Part shown: positions 1 through 11,153 of the stretch, piece by piece | Position numbering within the stretch: position 1 is the stretch's first letter | Layout of the letters: each line of letters opens with the position of its first letter | Origin: an uncultured Acidimicrobiaceae bacterium | GTDB taxonomy: Bacteria; Actinomycetota; Acidimicrobiia; Acidimicrobiales; RAAP-2 | Direction of reading: 5' to 3' | Assembly (NCBI GenBank): GCA_963756625.1 | Contig: CAVWNQ010000003.1 | Coordinates: 332,102-396,101 of the forward strand | Length of the DNA: 64,000 bases | Position numbers and translations under genes: made by a program | Notes under the pieces: generated by a model | What the model saw: the letters and a program-made list of their open reading frames with translations, nothing else | Databases searched by the model: none | Told to the model about the DNA's origin: nothing

Positions 1-639
1 GCCACCGAGGAGCCCGACGGGCGGCGCGCCACCATGACCGCGAGCTCGGCGTCGAGCGGGACGAGCTCTTCGACCACCACCCGGCCGCCCACCTGGCCGC
101 CGGCCTGGTGCAGCACCGCGTCGGCCTCGTCCGGGCCCGCCACCGGCCACACGCCCTTGCCGTCGTAGCCGCCCCGGGCCGACTTGAGGATCAGCGGCCA
201 CCCGTGCGTCGCCGCGAACGACGCCACGGCGGCCGGTGCCCCTGGCCCGTCGTCGACGATCCGGTAGGCGGGGACGGGCACGCCGGCGGCGTCGAGGACG
301 GTCCGCATGTGGGCCTTGTCGACCGCCAGCTCGAGCGTCCCGGCACCGGGCCGGAAGATCGTTCCCGCAGCGGGCCAGCGCTGCCACCAGCTCGAGGTCC
401 ACCTGCTCGTGGTCGAAGGTGACGACGCCGCAGCGTTCGGCGAAGGCCCGCAGGTCGTCGGCGACGAAGGGCGACCCCACCATGACCTCGGCCGCGACGT
501 CGCAGGCGGCATCGTCCGGCCGTTCGGCCAGCACCGCCATGGAGAGGCCGAGCGCGCTGGCGGCTTCACCCGCCATGCGCGCCAGCTGGCCCGCCCCGAC
601 GAACCCGACGTGATGGGTGCTCAGAGCGCTCGCCTCCAT
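1..639 (-). pseudogene. purK: N5-carboxyaminoimidazole ribonucleotide synthase (PurK, ATP-grasp). The 3' end runs off the window and the frame is broken once.
   Basis: Reverse translation from ATG 639 gives MEASALSTHHVGFVGAGQLARMAGEAA...TFDHEQVDLELVAALA. A 1-nt shift near 365-378 (GGCCCGC) is then needed to continue GTIFRPGAGTLELAVDKAHMRTVLDAAGVPVP...ILKSARGGYDGKGVW. Confidence 0.8.
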
Positions 640-705
640 CGGGGTGATTCGCCTAGACAATGGGCCGGACACAGTGGGCAGACTACGCGAGGGAGCACGA
701 CGGAC

Positions 706-1632
706 ATGCCAAAACCGCTGCGCATCGGGAGCATGCTCGACACCGGGCGACCGCTGCCCGACACCGTGGCCCAGCTGCGGCGCTACGCCGACGCCGGGCT
801 CGACCACGCCTTCATCGCCCAGATCTTCGGGCCCGATGCGCTGACCCTCCTGGCGACGGCGGGCGCTCAGGTGCCCGGCATCGCATTGGGCACCGGCGTC
901 GTCCCGGTCTACCCCCGCCACCCGATGATGCTGGCGCAGCAGGCGCTCACGGTGCAGTGGGCCACAGGGGACCGCCTCCTGCTCGGCATCGGGCTGTCGC
1001 ACCAGGTGGTGGTGGAGAGCATGTGGGGACTGAGCTTCGAGCGGCCCGCGCAGTACATGAGGGAGTACCTTGCCTCGCTGCTGCCGCTTCTGCACGGGGA
1101 GGCGGTCAACGAGCGCGGGGGAGCGGGTGACCACGAACGCGTTCGCGCCGCTCGACGTCCGCGGCACCGCGGCGCCGCCGGTCCTGGTCGCCGCGCTGGG
1201 TCGGCCATGTTGCAAGCCTGGCCGGCACCGTCGCCGACGGCACGATCACCTGGATGACGGGGACGAAGACCATCGACGGGGCACGTCGCTCCCGCCATCA
1301 CCGCTGCCGCCGAGGCCGCCGGGCCGCCCCAGCGCCGATGGTGGTGGTGGCGCTGCCGATCGCCGTCACGCAAGACGTGGCGGCGGCGAAGGAGCGGATC
1401 AACGCCGAGCTACGCCATCTACCCGAACCTCCCCTCGTACAGGGCGATGTTCGACAAGGAGGGGGCGGAGGCGGCGGCTGACATCGGCTTCATCGGGGAC
1501 GAGGAGGCGGTCGCGGCCGCGATCCGGAAGTTGGCCGACGTCGGCGCCACCGACTTCGTGGCCTCCATCGTGGGTGACGAGGAGGAGCGCCGACGCGCCT
1601 TCGCGCTGATCGGCGAGCTCGCCCGGGCCTGA
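706..1632 (+). pseudogene. Luciferase-like (LLM class, probably F420-dependent) oxidoreductase with multiple 1-nt frame breaks
   Basis: MPKPLRIGSMLDTG...GIGLSHQVVVESMWGLSFERPAQYMREYL in frame 1. The protein then continues through the frames of ORFs 1070, 1254 and 1447 (GERVTTNAFAPLDVRGTAAPPVLVAALG / LAGTVADGTITWMTGTK / MFDKEGAEAAADIGFIGDEEAV...ELARA). I count at least 5 shifts by hand. Confidence 0.8.
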
Positions 1633-1690
1633 CTGGCCCGCCCGGTGGTCCGGCACTGCGCGCGCCGCGCCGGGCCCCGCCGCGCCGCGC

Positions 1691-2291
1691 TCAGTGCGAC
1701 AGCGTCGTGTGCTTGAACTCGTTGAGGTCGGGCATCGTGTCGAACAGCGTGAGGACGCCGTCGATCGTGCGCCGGGCCAACGCCACGTCGCCCTGCGGCC
1801 TGCTCATGATGCGCACGAAGACCGCCTTGTCGCCGATGACGAACGTCGGGACGCCGAACGCCTCCCACTCCGCGACGGCGAGCTCGTGGGCGCGACGGAT
1901 CTCCTGGACCGGGGGTCCCGAGCCGGCCTCGGCGACGACCTTCGCCCCGGGGAGCCCGACGCCGTCGAGGACGCCGGCCACGACCTCGGGCACCCGGAGA
2001 TCGAGTCCTTCGTCGTGGCGCGCCGCGAACAGGGCGAGATGCGCGTCGAGGAATCGATCGGGGTACTGGTCGCGCACCACGACGCCCGAGGCCAGCGCGA
2101 TCAGGTCGGGCGCCTTCTCGGGGTCGTCCCATACCGCCGTGCCGCCCTCGGGCACATGGACCTGGCTCAGCGAGAACGGCTGGAACGTCACGTCCCAGTC
2201 CGCCCCGTCGACCAGCCCGGCCACCAGGTGCTCATGGGCGTTGCGGGCGAAGGGGCAGCGATAATCCCAATTGACGGCGAAAGACGCTCAT
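1691..2291 (-). pseudogene. DsbA/thioredoxin-fold protein (2-hydroxychromene-2-carboxylate isomerase-like) with a frame break at codons 4-5
   Basis: ORF 1691-2224 extends in frame upstream as FAVNWDYRCPFARNAHEHLV (CPF active-site region) with no in-frame start. ATG at 2291 (MSVF) is 1 nt out of frame, at the TCTTTCG run. Confidence 0.65.
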
Positions 2292-2296
2292 GTCTA

Positions 2297-2901
2297 TTAC
2301 AACACGACCTGGTGCTCGGTCATTCCGGCGCCAGGTGCCGGCCGGCGGGAGCGTCGGGGGCGCCGGCGCGGCAGACGACTGCTCTTCGTCCCCGGGGTGA
2401 TCAGGTTGACAAGGGGCCGGAGCCCCAGGCCGAGCACCGATCCGATGACGGCCCCGCCCGCCACGTCGATGGCGTGGTGGGCCCGCAGGTGCACGCGGCT
2501 GGCGGCCACGGCGGTGGCGAAGCCCACGTTGGCCGACCGTCTGGGCATCGGAGTCGGCCAGGACGAAGGCCGTGCAGAAGGCGGCCAGCGTGTGCCCGCT
2601 CGGGAAGCTGCTGCTCGAGGGGGTGCGCACGGCGGCATCGAGGTGGTCGTCGGGGCGCTGGCGCTCGACGGCCGCCTTCACCACCCGGGTCAGCGACCAG
2701 CGAGGAGAACCCCGCAGTGGCGAGCGCGACGACGGCGCGGCGCCGGTCGGGGCCGCGCCGCAGGGCCTTCACCCCGGCCAGGGCGACCCAGACGAACCCG
2801 TAGTCGGCCAGGTTCGAGACGATGACGGCGGCACGGTCGACGCCGGGGCGGCCACGGAGGGGCTCGAAGGCGGCGTCGACCGCCTCGTCGAGCGAGCTCA
2901 C
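2297..2901 (-). pseudogene. PAP2-family phosphatase (membrane) with two frame breaks
   Basis: Three minus-strand frames join as VSSLDEAVDAAFEPLRGRPGVDRAAVIVSNLADYGFVWVALAG / RPDDHLDAAVRTPSSSSFPSGHTLAAF / SRVHLRAHHAIDVAGGAVIG. These carry the PAP2 motifs KxxxxxxRP, PSGH and SRxxxxxHxxxD. Confidence 0.75.
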
Positions 2902-2911
2902 TGCGGCCGGG

Positions 2912-3683
2912 TCACGCGGCGAAGGCGGGGCAGGACGTCTTGAAATGGCAGTAGTCACACAGGGGTCCCACGTTGGGCCGGAAGTCCTCAGCGTCGCACG
3001 GCGCGCTCGATGGCCGTCCACACGGCCACCGCCCGCTTGCGCTGCCCCCGGATGGTCTGCTCGGAGGCGACCGAGGAGATGGCGATCGGCTGGCGCAGGT
3101 AGAGGAGGCGGACCTCGGCCGGAGCCTGGCCGAGCACGCTCTCGCAGAGCAGGGCGTAGGTCTGCACGCCGCCCAGGCTGCCCCGCTCGTAGCGTTCGGA
3201 GGGTGCCCGTCCCGTCTTGTAGTCGACGACGATGAACCTGCCGTCGGGGGTGAGGTCGAGCCGGTCGATGATGCCGCGCAGGCGCATGCCGTCGACCATC
3301 GTCTCGACCCCCAGCTCGATGCCGACGGCCCATGCCTCGTTCGGGTCTTCCAGACGGAAGTAGTTGTCGATCAGGGACTGCGCATCGGCCAGGAAGGCGC
3401 CCGCGTCGTCGGAGGGCGAGCGCGAGCTGGACGAACTCCTCGTCGTCCTGGATCTCCTTCCAGGCCAGCGCCAGCTCGGCGGTGGCGGCGGCGGGGGTGC
3501 GCTCTCCCGGGCCGTGATACCAAAAGAGGCGCTCGAGCGCCGCGTGCACCAGGGTTCCCTTCACCGATGGGGAGACGGTGGTTCGGGCAGATGCTCGATC
3601 TGGGAGAAACGGAAGGCGAGCGGGCAATTCGTGAAGGCGCTGACCTTCGACGGGCTGAGGGTGCGTGGGAGATCGAGCGCCAT
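2912..3683 (-). pseudogene. RecB-family PD-(D/E)XK nuclease (Cas4/AddB-like, C-terminal Cys cluster) with frame breaks
   Basis: MALDLPRTLSPSKVSAFTNCPLAFRFSQIEHLPEPP, then VKGTLVHAALERLF, GRFIVVDYKTGRAP (DYK motif), and it ends CDYCHFKTSCPAFAA*. Length is 772 nt, not a multiple of 3. Confidence 0.75.
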
Positions 3684-3714
3684 GGGGATCAGGATACGAC
3701 GGGGTTGTCGCGCC

Positions 3715-4071
3715 ATGGCTCATCCCTGCGCAGACCTGGTAGAACAGGGTCCCGATGTGGACGCGTCGGCCCGAATCGAGCCGGAGGGTGGCAGGGGAGC
3801 GGTGGCTGACCTCCGCCGGGCCACCCGCTGGGCCGGGCTGCGGCCCGGCGACCCCGTCCAGGTGGAGGGCACGCGGCTGCGCGGCGCCACCTGGCAGTTC
3901 GTGGCGCACGTGACAAACAGTGAGACCGGCGAGGCCTGGGTCGAGGTCGTCGGCGGCCGTGCGGGGGACCGGGCGGTGCGGTCCTTCCGGCCGGACCAGC
4001 TCTACGACCCCTGCGGCCCGTCCGGGCCGCGACCCCTCGCTGGCCGACGCCCGGGCTTCCGCTCGCGTGAC
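3715..4071 (+). CDS. Small conserved-looking hypothetical protein; 3' end and frame uncertain
   Basis: Frame-1 translation reads ...LRPGDPVQVEGTRLRGATWQFVAHVTNSETGEAWVEVVGGRAGDRAVRSFRPDQLY and looks like a real protein. No in-frame stop lies before the GNAT gene, so another indel is likely. Confidence 0.3.
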
Positions 4072-4126
4072 TCGCCGGGAGGAGCCGTGGGAGCGGACGG
4101 AGCCGACCGGGCAGCAGGCGGGCGAG

Positions 4127-4690
4127 GTGATCCCGACCCTGACGACGGCGCGGCTCGTCCTGCGGCCCTTCGGGCCCGACGACATCGACGCGCTGGCGGA
4201 CCTCCACGCCGAGGAGTCGTTCTGGTGGTACCCGTTGCGGGCCGGGATGACCCGCGACGAAACCAGCCAGTTCCTCGAGCGCATACAGGCGCGCTACGAG
4301 ACCGACGGGTTCGGCATCGAGGCGCTCATCGAGCGCGCGTCGGGCACGATGATCGGCTGGGCCGGGCTGGCCGTGCCGCACTTCCTGCCCGAGATCCTGC
4401 CGGCGGTCGAGGTCGGGTGGCGCCTGTCCAGTGGACTAGCGGGGAAAAGGTCTGGCGACGGAGGCGGGGGCCGCCGCGGTCGACTATCGGGTTCACCACG
4501 GGCGGCCTCACCCGGATCGTCAGCATCTACGAACCGGAGAACGTCGCGTCGGGCCGGGTCATGGCGCGGCTCGGGTTCACGCACTTCGTGACGACGGTGG
4601 GACCCCGGGGCGAGGAGGTGGTGGTCATGGAGCTGACCAAGACGCAGTGGCAGAAGCGGCGACAGGAGGGGCGCGAGCGGCGATGGGTGA
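4127..4690 (+). pseudogene. GNAT N-acetyltransferase (RimJ/RimL-like) with two or more frame breaks
   Basis: VIPTLTTARLVLRPFGPDDIDALADLHAEESFWWYP...IGWAGLAVPHFLPEILPAVEVGWRLS, then GKGLATEAGAAAVDY in another frame, then GFTTGGLTRIVSIYEPENVASGRVMARLGF in a third. Confidence 0.7.
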
Positions 4691-5560
4691 CGTGGCGGTC
4701 CAGACGGCCACCGCGACCGAGCGTGGGCGAGGGGCGGCACACCGCCACGGTGCACGGGGACTGGGAGATCTGGGGGCCGTGCGGCGGGTACGTCGCCGCC
4801 ATCGCGCTGCGGGCGGCCGGCGCGGACAGCCCGCTCGTGCGGCCGGCGAGCTTCTACTGCCACTACCTGTCGGTGGCGGAGTTCGCTCCGGTGGATCTCG
4901 TCGTGACGCCGCTGCGGTCGGGTCGCACCGTGCTGGCGCAGCGCGTCGAGCATGACACAGCAGGGGCGGCCCGTCCTCGAGGCGATGGTGTGGTCGGTCG
5001 GCGACGTGGCCGGGCTCGAGCACGACGACGTGACGCCGCCCGACGTGCCCGGGCCCGACGCGCTGCCGACGTGGGCGGAACGGCGTGCCGGCGAGGCCGG
5101 AGCCGAGAACGGGGACGGGGAGGCGGACGGGGAGGACGAGAGGACGTCGGCAGGAGTACGCATTCTGGGACAACTTCGACCAGCGCCTGATCGAATGGTC
5201 CGAAACGTGGCCACCCCCGGGGCCGTTGCCGCCGACGTGGCGCACGTGGGTGCGCTGCCGGCCGACGGCGACCTTCGCCGATCCCTGGGTCGACGCCGCG
5301 CGTTCGCTCATCGTGCTCGACGTGGGGAGCTGGCCGGCCGGGTCACGACCGCACATGCATCTCGATCCACCGTTCATCGCACCGAGCCTGGACCTGTACG
5401 CGTCCTTCCAGCATCCAGGCACCACTCGGAGTGGATGCTGCTCGACGCGCACTCGCCCGTCGCGCAGGGCGGCCTGCTCTCGTGGACCGGCCGCGTCTGG
5501 TCCAAGGAGCGCAGGCTCATCGCCAGCGGCGGTGGACAGGCGGTGTTCCGCCACACCTGA
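4683..5560 (+). pseudogene. Acyl-CoA thioesterase (TesB-like double hot-dog) with frame breaks
   Basis: MGDVAVQTATATE / GRHTATVHGDWEIWGPCGGYVAAIALRAAG...LRSGRTVLAQRVE / MTQQGRPVLEAMVWSV / YAFWDNFDQRLIEW...FIAPSLDLYASFQHPG / SEWMLLDAHSPVAQGGLLSWTGRVWSKERRLIASGGGQAVFR are spread over three frames. Confidence 0.65.
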
Positions 5561-5590
5561 GGTCGTCGAGGCGGTCCCGCGACGACGGCG

Positions 5591-6781
5591 CTACTCGGCC
5601 GTGTAGCCGTCCATGCGGGCGAGGATCCGCAGCATCACCTCGTCGGCTCCCGCCCCGATGGAGTCGAGGCGCGTGTCGCGGAAGTAGCGCGAGGTCCAGT
5701 TCTCGTCCATGTAGCCCAAGGCCGCCGTGGAACTGCACCGCGCAGTCGGCCACCTCGCGCTGGAGCCGGGACCCGAGCAGCTTGCCGATGGTGGCGTAGC
5801 GGGTGGCATCCTCGCCCTGCACGACCGCATCGGCGGTCGTGCGGGCGTAGTGCTTGAGCACGTCGTGCCGGGCGCCGAGCTCGGCGAGCACGAACTGGAG
5901 GTGCTGGTTGGCCAGGAGCGGGGCGCCAAAGGCGCGGCGGTCGCGCAGGTACGCCTTCGTGCGCTCGAGGGCCAGCTCGATCGAGCCCACCTGCTTGTAG
6001 AAGGTCAGCAGGCGCTCCGCCTGGAACTGCACCATCTGCTGCTGGAAGCCGCGTCCGATCTCGCCGATGGTGTTGGCGACCGGGACCCGCACGTCGACGA
6101 ACGAGAGTTCGGCCGTGTCGCTCGACCACATGCCGAGCTTCTCGAGCTTGCGGGAGACGGCCACGCCCTCGAGCGCGGTGGGCACCACGATCAGCGACAT
6201 GGCCCGGTAACCCGGCTCGTCAGACGTGCGGGCCAGCAGGCAGAGCCAGTCGGCCTGCGTGCCGTTGGTGATGTAGAGCTTGGCCCCGTTGATGACCCAC
6301 TCGTCGCCGTCGCGGACGGCACGGGTCCTGATGCCCGCCACGTCGCTGCCGGCGTCGGGCTCGGTCACCGCGATGGAGGTCACGGCTTCGCCCCGGATGG
6401 CCGGCGCCAGATAGCGCGCCTTCAGCTCGGGCGAGCCGTACCGGGCGAGCGCGGGCGTCGCCATCGCCATCTGCACCGCGATGGCCATGGGCACGCCGCC
6501 GCAGCTGATACGCCCCATCTCCTCGCCCGCGATCAGCGTGTAGGTGTGGTCGGCACCCATGCCGCCGTCGGCCTCGTCGTATTCGAGCCCGAGCAGTCCG
6601 ACGCGCGGCCAGCTTCGGGAAGAGCGCATGGGCGGGGAAGGTCCGGGCCGCCTCCCATTCCGTCGACGTGCGGCTCGATCTCCCGCTCGAAGAGGTCCCG
6701 CAGCGTCTTGCGAAACAACCGATGCTCGTCCGTCTCGATCACCGGCGAACGATACCACCGGCCCTTTTTCCGCTTTCGCAC
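5591..6781 (-). pseudogene. Acyl-CoA dehydrogenase (isovaleryl-/citronellyl-CoA DH-like) with two frame breaks; start at 6781 or 6742
   Basis: VIETDEHRLFRKTLRDLFEREIEPHVD / ...IAVTEPDAGSDVAGIRTRAVRDGDEWVINGAKLYITNG...VQFHGG / LGYMDENWTSRYFRDTRLDSIGAGADEVMLRILARMDGYTAE*. Confidence 0.8.
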
Positions 6782-6803
6782 GGGGTCCCCCTACACTGCC
6801 TCC

Positions 6804-7571
6804 GTGACGGATCGCTTGGTCGGCGTGCTGCACCGCGACGGCGTCCGCACGGTGACCCTCGACTCGCCGCACAACCGCAACGCGTTGTCGGCCCGCCTCC
6901 TCGAAGAGCTCGATCAGGCGTTGCGTGACGCGACCGGCGACGGCGACGTCCGCGCCATCGTGCTGACCGGTGCGGGCACCGTCTTCTGCTCGGGCGCCGA
7001 CCTGTCCGAGCGCGCCGGTGCGGCGCCGAACCGCATGCCCGACATCCTCACCTGCATCGTGGAGAGCCCCGTGCCGGTCATCGCGCGCGTGAACGGGCAC
7101 GCGCGCGCCGGTGGCATCGGCCTCATCGCGGCGTCGGACATGGCGGCGGCGGCGGCGGTGAGCACGTTCGCCTTCACCGAGGTGCGAGTCGGCGTGGCGC
7201 CGGCCATGATCCTCGTCCCCGCGCTGCCGGGTCGATGGACCGCCGCTTTCTGGCGCGCATGACCCTCACGGGCGACCGCTTCAGCGCCGTCGAGGCCGCC
7301 GGCTCCGGGCTGCTCACCGCCGCGGTGGAGGACCAGACGGCACTCGACGCCTGGGTGGCGGCCCAGACGGATGCGCTGCGCCAGGCGGCACCCGGCGCGG
7401 TGCGCGTCACCAAGGACCTGCTGCGCGGCCTGCCCGGGCGGGGCTGGGCCGAGAGCCTGGGCGGAGGCGGCCCGCACGTCGGCCGAACTCTTCGCCGGGC
7501 CGGAGGCGGCCGAGGGCATGGCGGCGTTCCTCGAGAAGCGCCGCCCCGCGTGGGACACCACGCCGCCGTGA
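6804..7571 (+). pseudogene. Enoyl-CoA hydratase/isomerase (crotonase; methylglutaconyl-/isohexenylglutaconyl-CoA hydratase-like) with two frame breaks
   Basis: VTDRLVGVLHRDGVRTVTLDSPHNRNAL...VLTGAGTVFCSGADL...ARVNGHARAGGIGL (frame 0), LARMTLTGDRFSAVEAAGSGLL (frame 2), AELFAGPEAAEGMAAFLEKRRPAW* (frame 0). Confidence 0.8.
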
Positions 7572-9167
7572 GCACGCCGCTCCGCTCACGGCTCGTCACG
7601 GCGGGCGACGACTTCCGCGAGACCGCCGCGGCCATGGGCGCGCTGACCGACCAGGTGCACGCGCTCCACGACGAAGTGCTAGCGGGCGGCGGCCCGCAGT
7701 ACGTCGAACGCCACCGCGCCCGCGGCAAGATGCTGGTACGCGAGCGCCTGGAGGCACTGGTGGACCCGGGCACGCCGGTGCTCGAACTGTGCCCGCTGGC
7801 CGGCCTCCACACCGGCGACCCCCTCGGCGGTGGCGTCGTCGTCGCGCTGGCCGAGGTGTCGCACACGCAGTGCCTCGTCATCGCCAACGACCCCACCGTG
7901 CGGGGCGGGACCACGAGCCCGACGACGATCCGCAAGCTGCTGCGCGCCATGGAGGTGGCAGAGGTGAACCGCCTCCCCGTCCTTCTGCTCGTGGAGTCCG
8001 GAGGGGCCGACCTGCCTCGCCAGGCCGACGTCTTCGTGCCCGGAGGCGAGCAGTTCCGCCGCCTGACCCAGCTCTCGGCGCAGGGGATCCCGACCCTCTG
8101 CGTCGTGTTCGGCTCGTCCACGGCCGGCGGGGCCTACCTCCCCGGCATGAGCGACTACACGGTGATGGTCGAGGACCGCGCCCGCGTCTTCCTCGGCGGC
8201 CCACCCCTGGTCAAGATGGCCATCGGGGAGGACGCCGACGAGGAAGAGTTGGGTGGCGCCCTCATGCACGCCCGCACCTCGGGCCTGTGCGACTACCTGG
8301 CGCGGGACGAGGCCGACGCGCTGCGCATCGCGCGCGGGATCGTGGCCCACCTGCACTGGCGCCGACTCGGGCCGGGCCCCCACGGGCCGGCCGACGAGCC
8401 GCTCTATCCCGCCGAGGAGCTGCTCGGGATCGCCCCGGTGGACGTGCGGGTCCCCTTCGACGCCCGCGAGATACTGGCGCGCGTCGTCGACGGCTCCCGC
8501 TTCGAGGAGTTCAAGGAGTCCTACGGCCCGCAGCTGGTGTGCGGCTGGTCGTCCGTCGCCGGGTACCCGGTGGGCGTGCTGGCGAACAACGGCATCCTCT
8601 TCTCGCCCGAGGCCCAGAAGGGGGCGCAGTTCATCGCCCTGTGCAACCGCACCGACACGCCCATCGTGTTCGTGCAGAACATCACGGGGTTCATGGTGGG
8701 GACGCGCTACGAGCAAGGCGGGATCATCAAGGACGGGGCCAAGCTGATCAACGCCGTCTCCAATTCGACCGTGCCCCACCTCACCCTGATGGTAGGTGCG
8801 AGCTACGGCGCCGGGAACTACGCCATGGCGGGCCGGGCCTACGACCCGCGCTTCGTATTCACCTGGCCCAACCACCGGATCGCCGTGATGGGGCCCAAGC
8901 AGCTGGCCGGCGTCCTCTCCATCGTGCGGCGCAACGCGGCCGCCGCGGCGGGCCGGCCCTTCGACGAGGCGGCCGACGAGGAGCTACGCCAGGCGACCGA
9001 GGCCCAGATCGAGGAGGAGTCGACGGCGCAGTACGCCACGGGACGGCTCTGGGACGACGGGATCATCGACCCCCGCGACACACGCACCGTGCTCGCCGTC
9101 GCGCTCGACGGCCGTCCACTCGGCCCCGGTCCAGGGGACGGCGGTCTTCGGCGTGGTGCGCCACTGA
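7568..9167 (+). pseudogene. Acyl-CoA carboxylase carboxyltransferase (beta) subunit (MccB/AtuC-like), one frame break near the 3' end
   Basis: The GTG start overlaps the upstream stop (GTGA). ...RGKMLVRERLEALVDPGTP...VANDPTVRGGT...FGSSTAGGAYLPGMSDY...NITGFMVG...WPNHRIAVMGP. The expected C-terminus TAVFGVVRH* is in another frame from about 9105. Confidence 0.85.
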
Positions 9168-11153
9168 TGGACGTGGCTCGCACGACGATCCGCCGCGTGC
9201 TCGTGGCCAACCGGGGCGAGATCGCCCGCCGGGTCATCCGCGGGGCGCACGACGCCGGGTGCGAGGCCGTCGCCGTCTACGCGGCGGACGACGCCCGGAG
9301 CCCGTACGTGGGCGAGGCCGACGCCGCCGTGCTGCTGCCCGGAACGGCGCTCGGCCAGACCTACCTGGACCCCGCCGCGCTGGTGCGGGCGGCGCGGGAG
9401 GCCGGTGCGGACGCGCTCCACCCCGGGTACGGATTCCTCTCCGAGGACCCCGCGCTGGCCGAGGCGTGCGCGGCGGCCGGCATCGTCTGGGTCGGGCCAC
9501 CGGCCGGGGCGATGCGGACCATGGGTCACAAGGCGCGGGCGAAGCAGGTCGTGGCCGAGGCAGGCGTCCCGGTGCTGCCGAGTGCGGTCGTGCCGCCGGG
9601 CAGCGGAGGAGGACGACCTGGCGGCCGCGGTGGGGGCCATCGGGTATCCCGTGCTGGTCAAGGCGTCCGCCGGCGGGGGCGGGCGCGGCATGCGCCTGGC
9701 CCTCGATGCGCCGGAACTGACCGAGGCCGTGGCGGCGGCCCAACGTGAGGCGGCGGCTGCCTTCGGCTCGGACGAGGTCTTCCTCGAGCGCTACCTGGAG
9801 GCGCCGCGGCACGTCGAGGTGCAGGTGGTCGGTGATGTCGACGGCACGGTCCTGCACCTCTTCGACCGCGAGTGCTCGGTGCAGCGCCGGCACCAGAAGG
9901 TGGTCGAGGAGGCACCCGCCGTCCTGGTGCCCGAGAGCACCCGGCGGAAGATGTGGGACGCCGCCGTCGCCGCGGCGCGCGCCGTCGACTACGTCGGCGT
10001 GGGAACGGTCGAGTACCTCGTCGACGGCGACGGCTTCTTCTTCCTCGAGATGAACACCCGCCTCCAGGTCGAGCACGGCGTCACGGAGCTGGTCACGGGC
10101 CTCGACCTCGTCGGGCTGCAGCTGGCGGTGGCGTCGGGCCGGCCGCTCCCGCTGGCCCAGGGCGACGTGGCCGTCGCCGGGCACGCGGTGGAGGTCCGCC
10201 TCTGTGCCGAGCGGCCGCGGGAGGGCTACCGGCCCACGCCCGGGACGGCCACCCACGTGCGCTGGCCGGAAGGCGCCGGGGTGCGCGTCGACCGCGCCAT
10301 CGAGTCCGGCACCGTCGTGAGCCCCGCCTACGACTCCCTGGTGGCCAAGCTCATGGCGCACGGCGACGACCGGGCCGCTGCGGTGGCGCGGGTGTCGCTC
10401 GCCCTGCGGACGCTCGAACTCGACGGTCTGGAGACCAACCGCGACCTGCTGCAGGCGGTGCTCGACGACGACGCGTTCCGCCGCGGTGCCATCGACATCC
10501 ATTTCCTCGAGCGGCGCCAGGACCTGCGCGACGCACAGCTGCCCGACGCGGTGCGCCATCGCCACGCCGCCGCGGCCGCCGCTTGCCTGCTCGAAGAGCG
10601 GGCCGCCCGGAGCCTGGTTCCCGTGCCCGCCGCCGGCTGGCGCAATGTGGGCCGCGCGCTGCACGCCGACGAGCTGACCGACGCCACCGGGACGTTGGCG
10701 GTGCGCGCCCCGGCACCCGGCGCGCCCGTCTGCGTGCAGGTGGACGACGACTGGCGGCCGGTCGGCACCGCCGCCGCCGCACCGGGCGGGATCGTGGACC
10801 TGTCCACCCCGGACGGGCTGCGACGCCGCTACCGCGTGCGGGCGGCACCGCACCGCGTCGAGGTCAGCGGGCCCGAGGGTCAGTCGTCCTTCGCCCTGCG
10901 GAGCGAGGACGACCCCGACGACCGGGTCAACGTGGCGGGCGAGTGCCGCGCCCCGCTGCCGGGCGCCATCACCAAGGTCCTGGTGGCCGTCGGCGACACG
11001 GTGGTCGACGGCGACGGCCTCGTCGTCCTCGAGGCGATGAAGATGGAACACACGCTGCGCGCCAACGGCACCGGCACGGTGGCCCAGATCCACTGCGCAC
11101 CCGGCCAGCAGGTCGACGTCGATGACCTGCTGGTCTCCCTGGAGCCGGCGTGA
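9167..11153 (+). pseudogene. Biotin carboxylase plus biotin-carboxyl-carrier (alpha) subunit of acyl-CoA carboxylase (MccA/AtuF-like), one frame break near 9600
   Basis: MDVARTTIRRVLVANRGEIARRVIRG... then after the shift GYPVLVKASAGGGGRGMR...FLEMNTRLQVEHGVTE... The C-terminus has the biotinylation motif LEAMKMEH. TGATG overlap with the beta subunit. Confidence 0.85.

Noticed and set aside
2401-4284. A very long minus-strand ORF (627 aa). Similar giants occur at 3364-5190 (+), 9234-11093 (-), 19169-20962 (-), 19738-21855 (+) and 26731-28662 (-).
   Set aside because: Their translations are Arg/Pro/Gly/Ala-rich low-complexity sequence typical of off-frame or antisense reading of about 70% GC DNA. 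Each overlaps genes with clear family signatures in another frame or strand. Some contain short real segments only because frame-broken genes pass through them.
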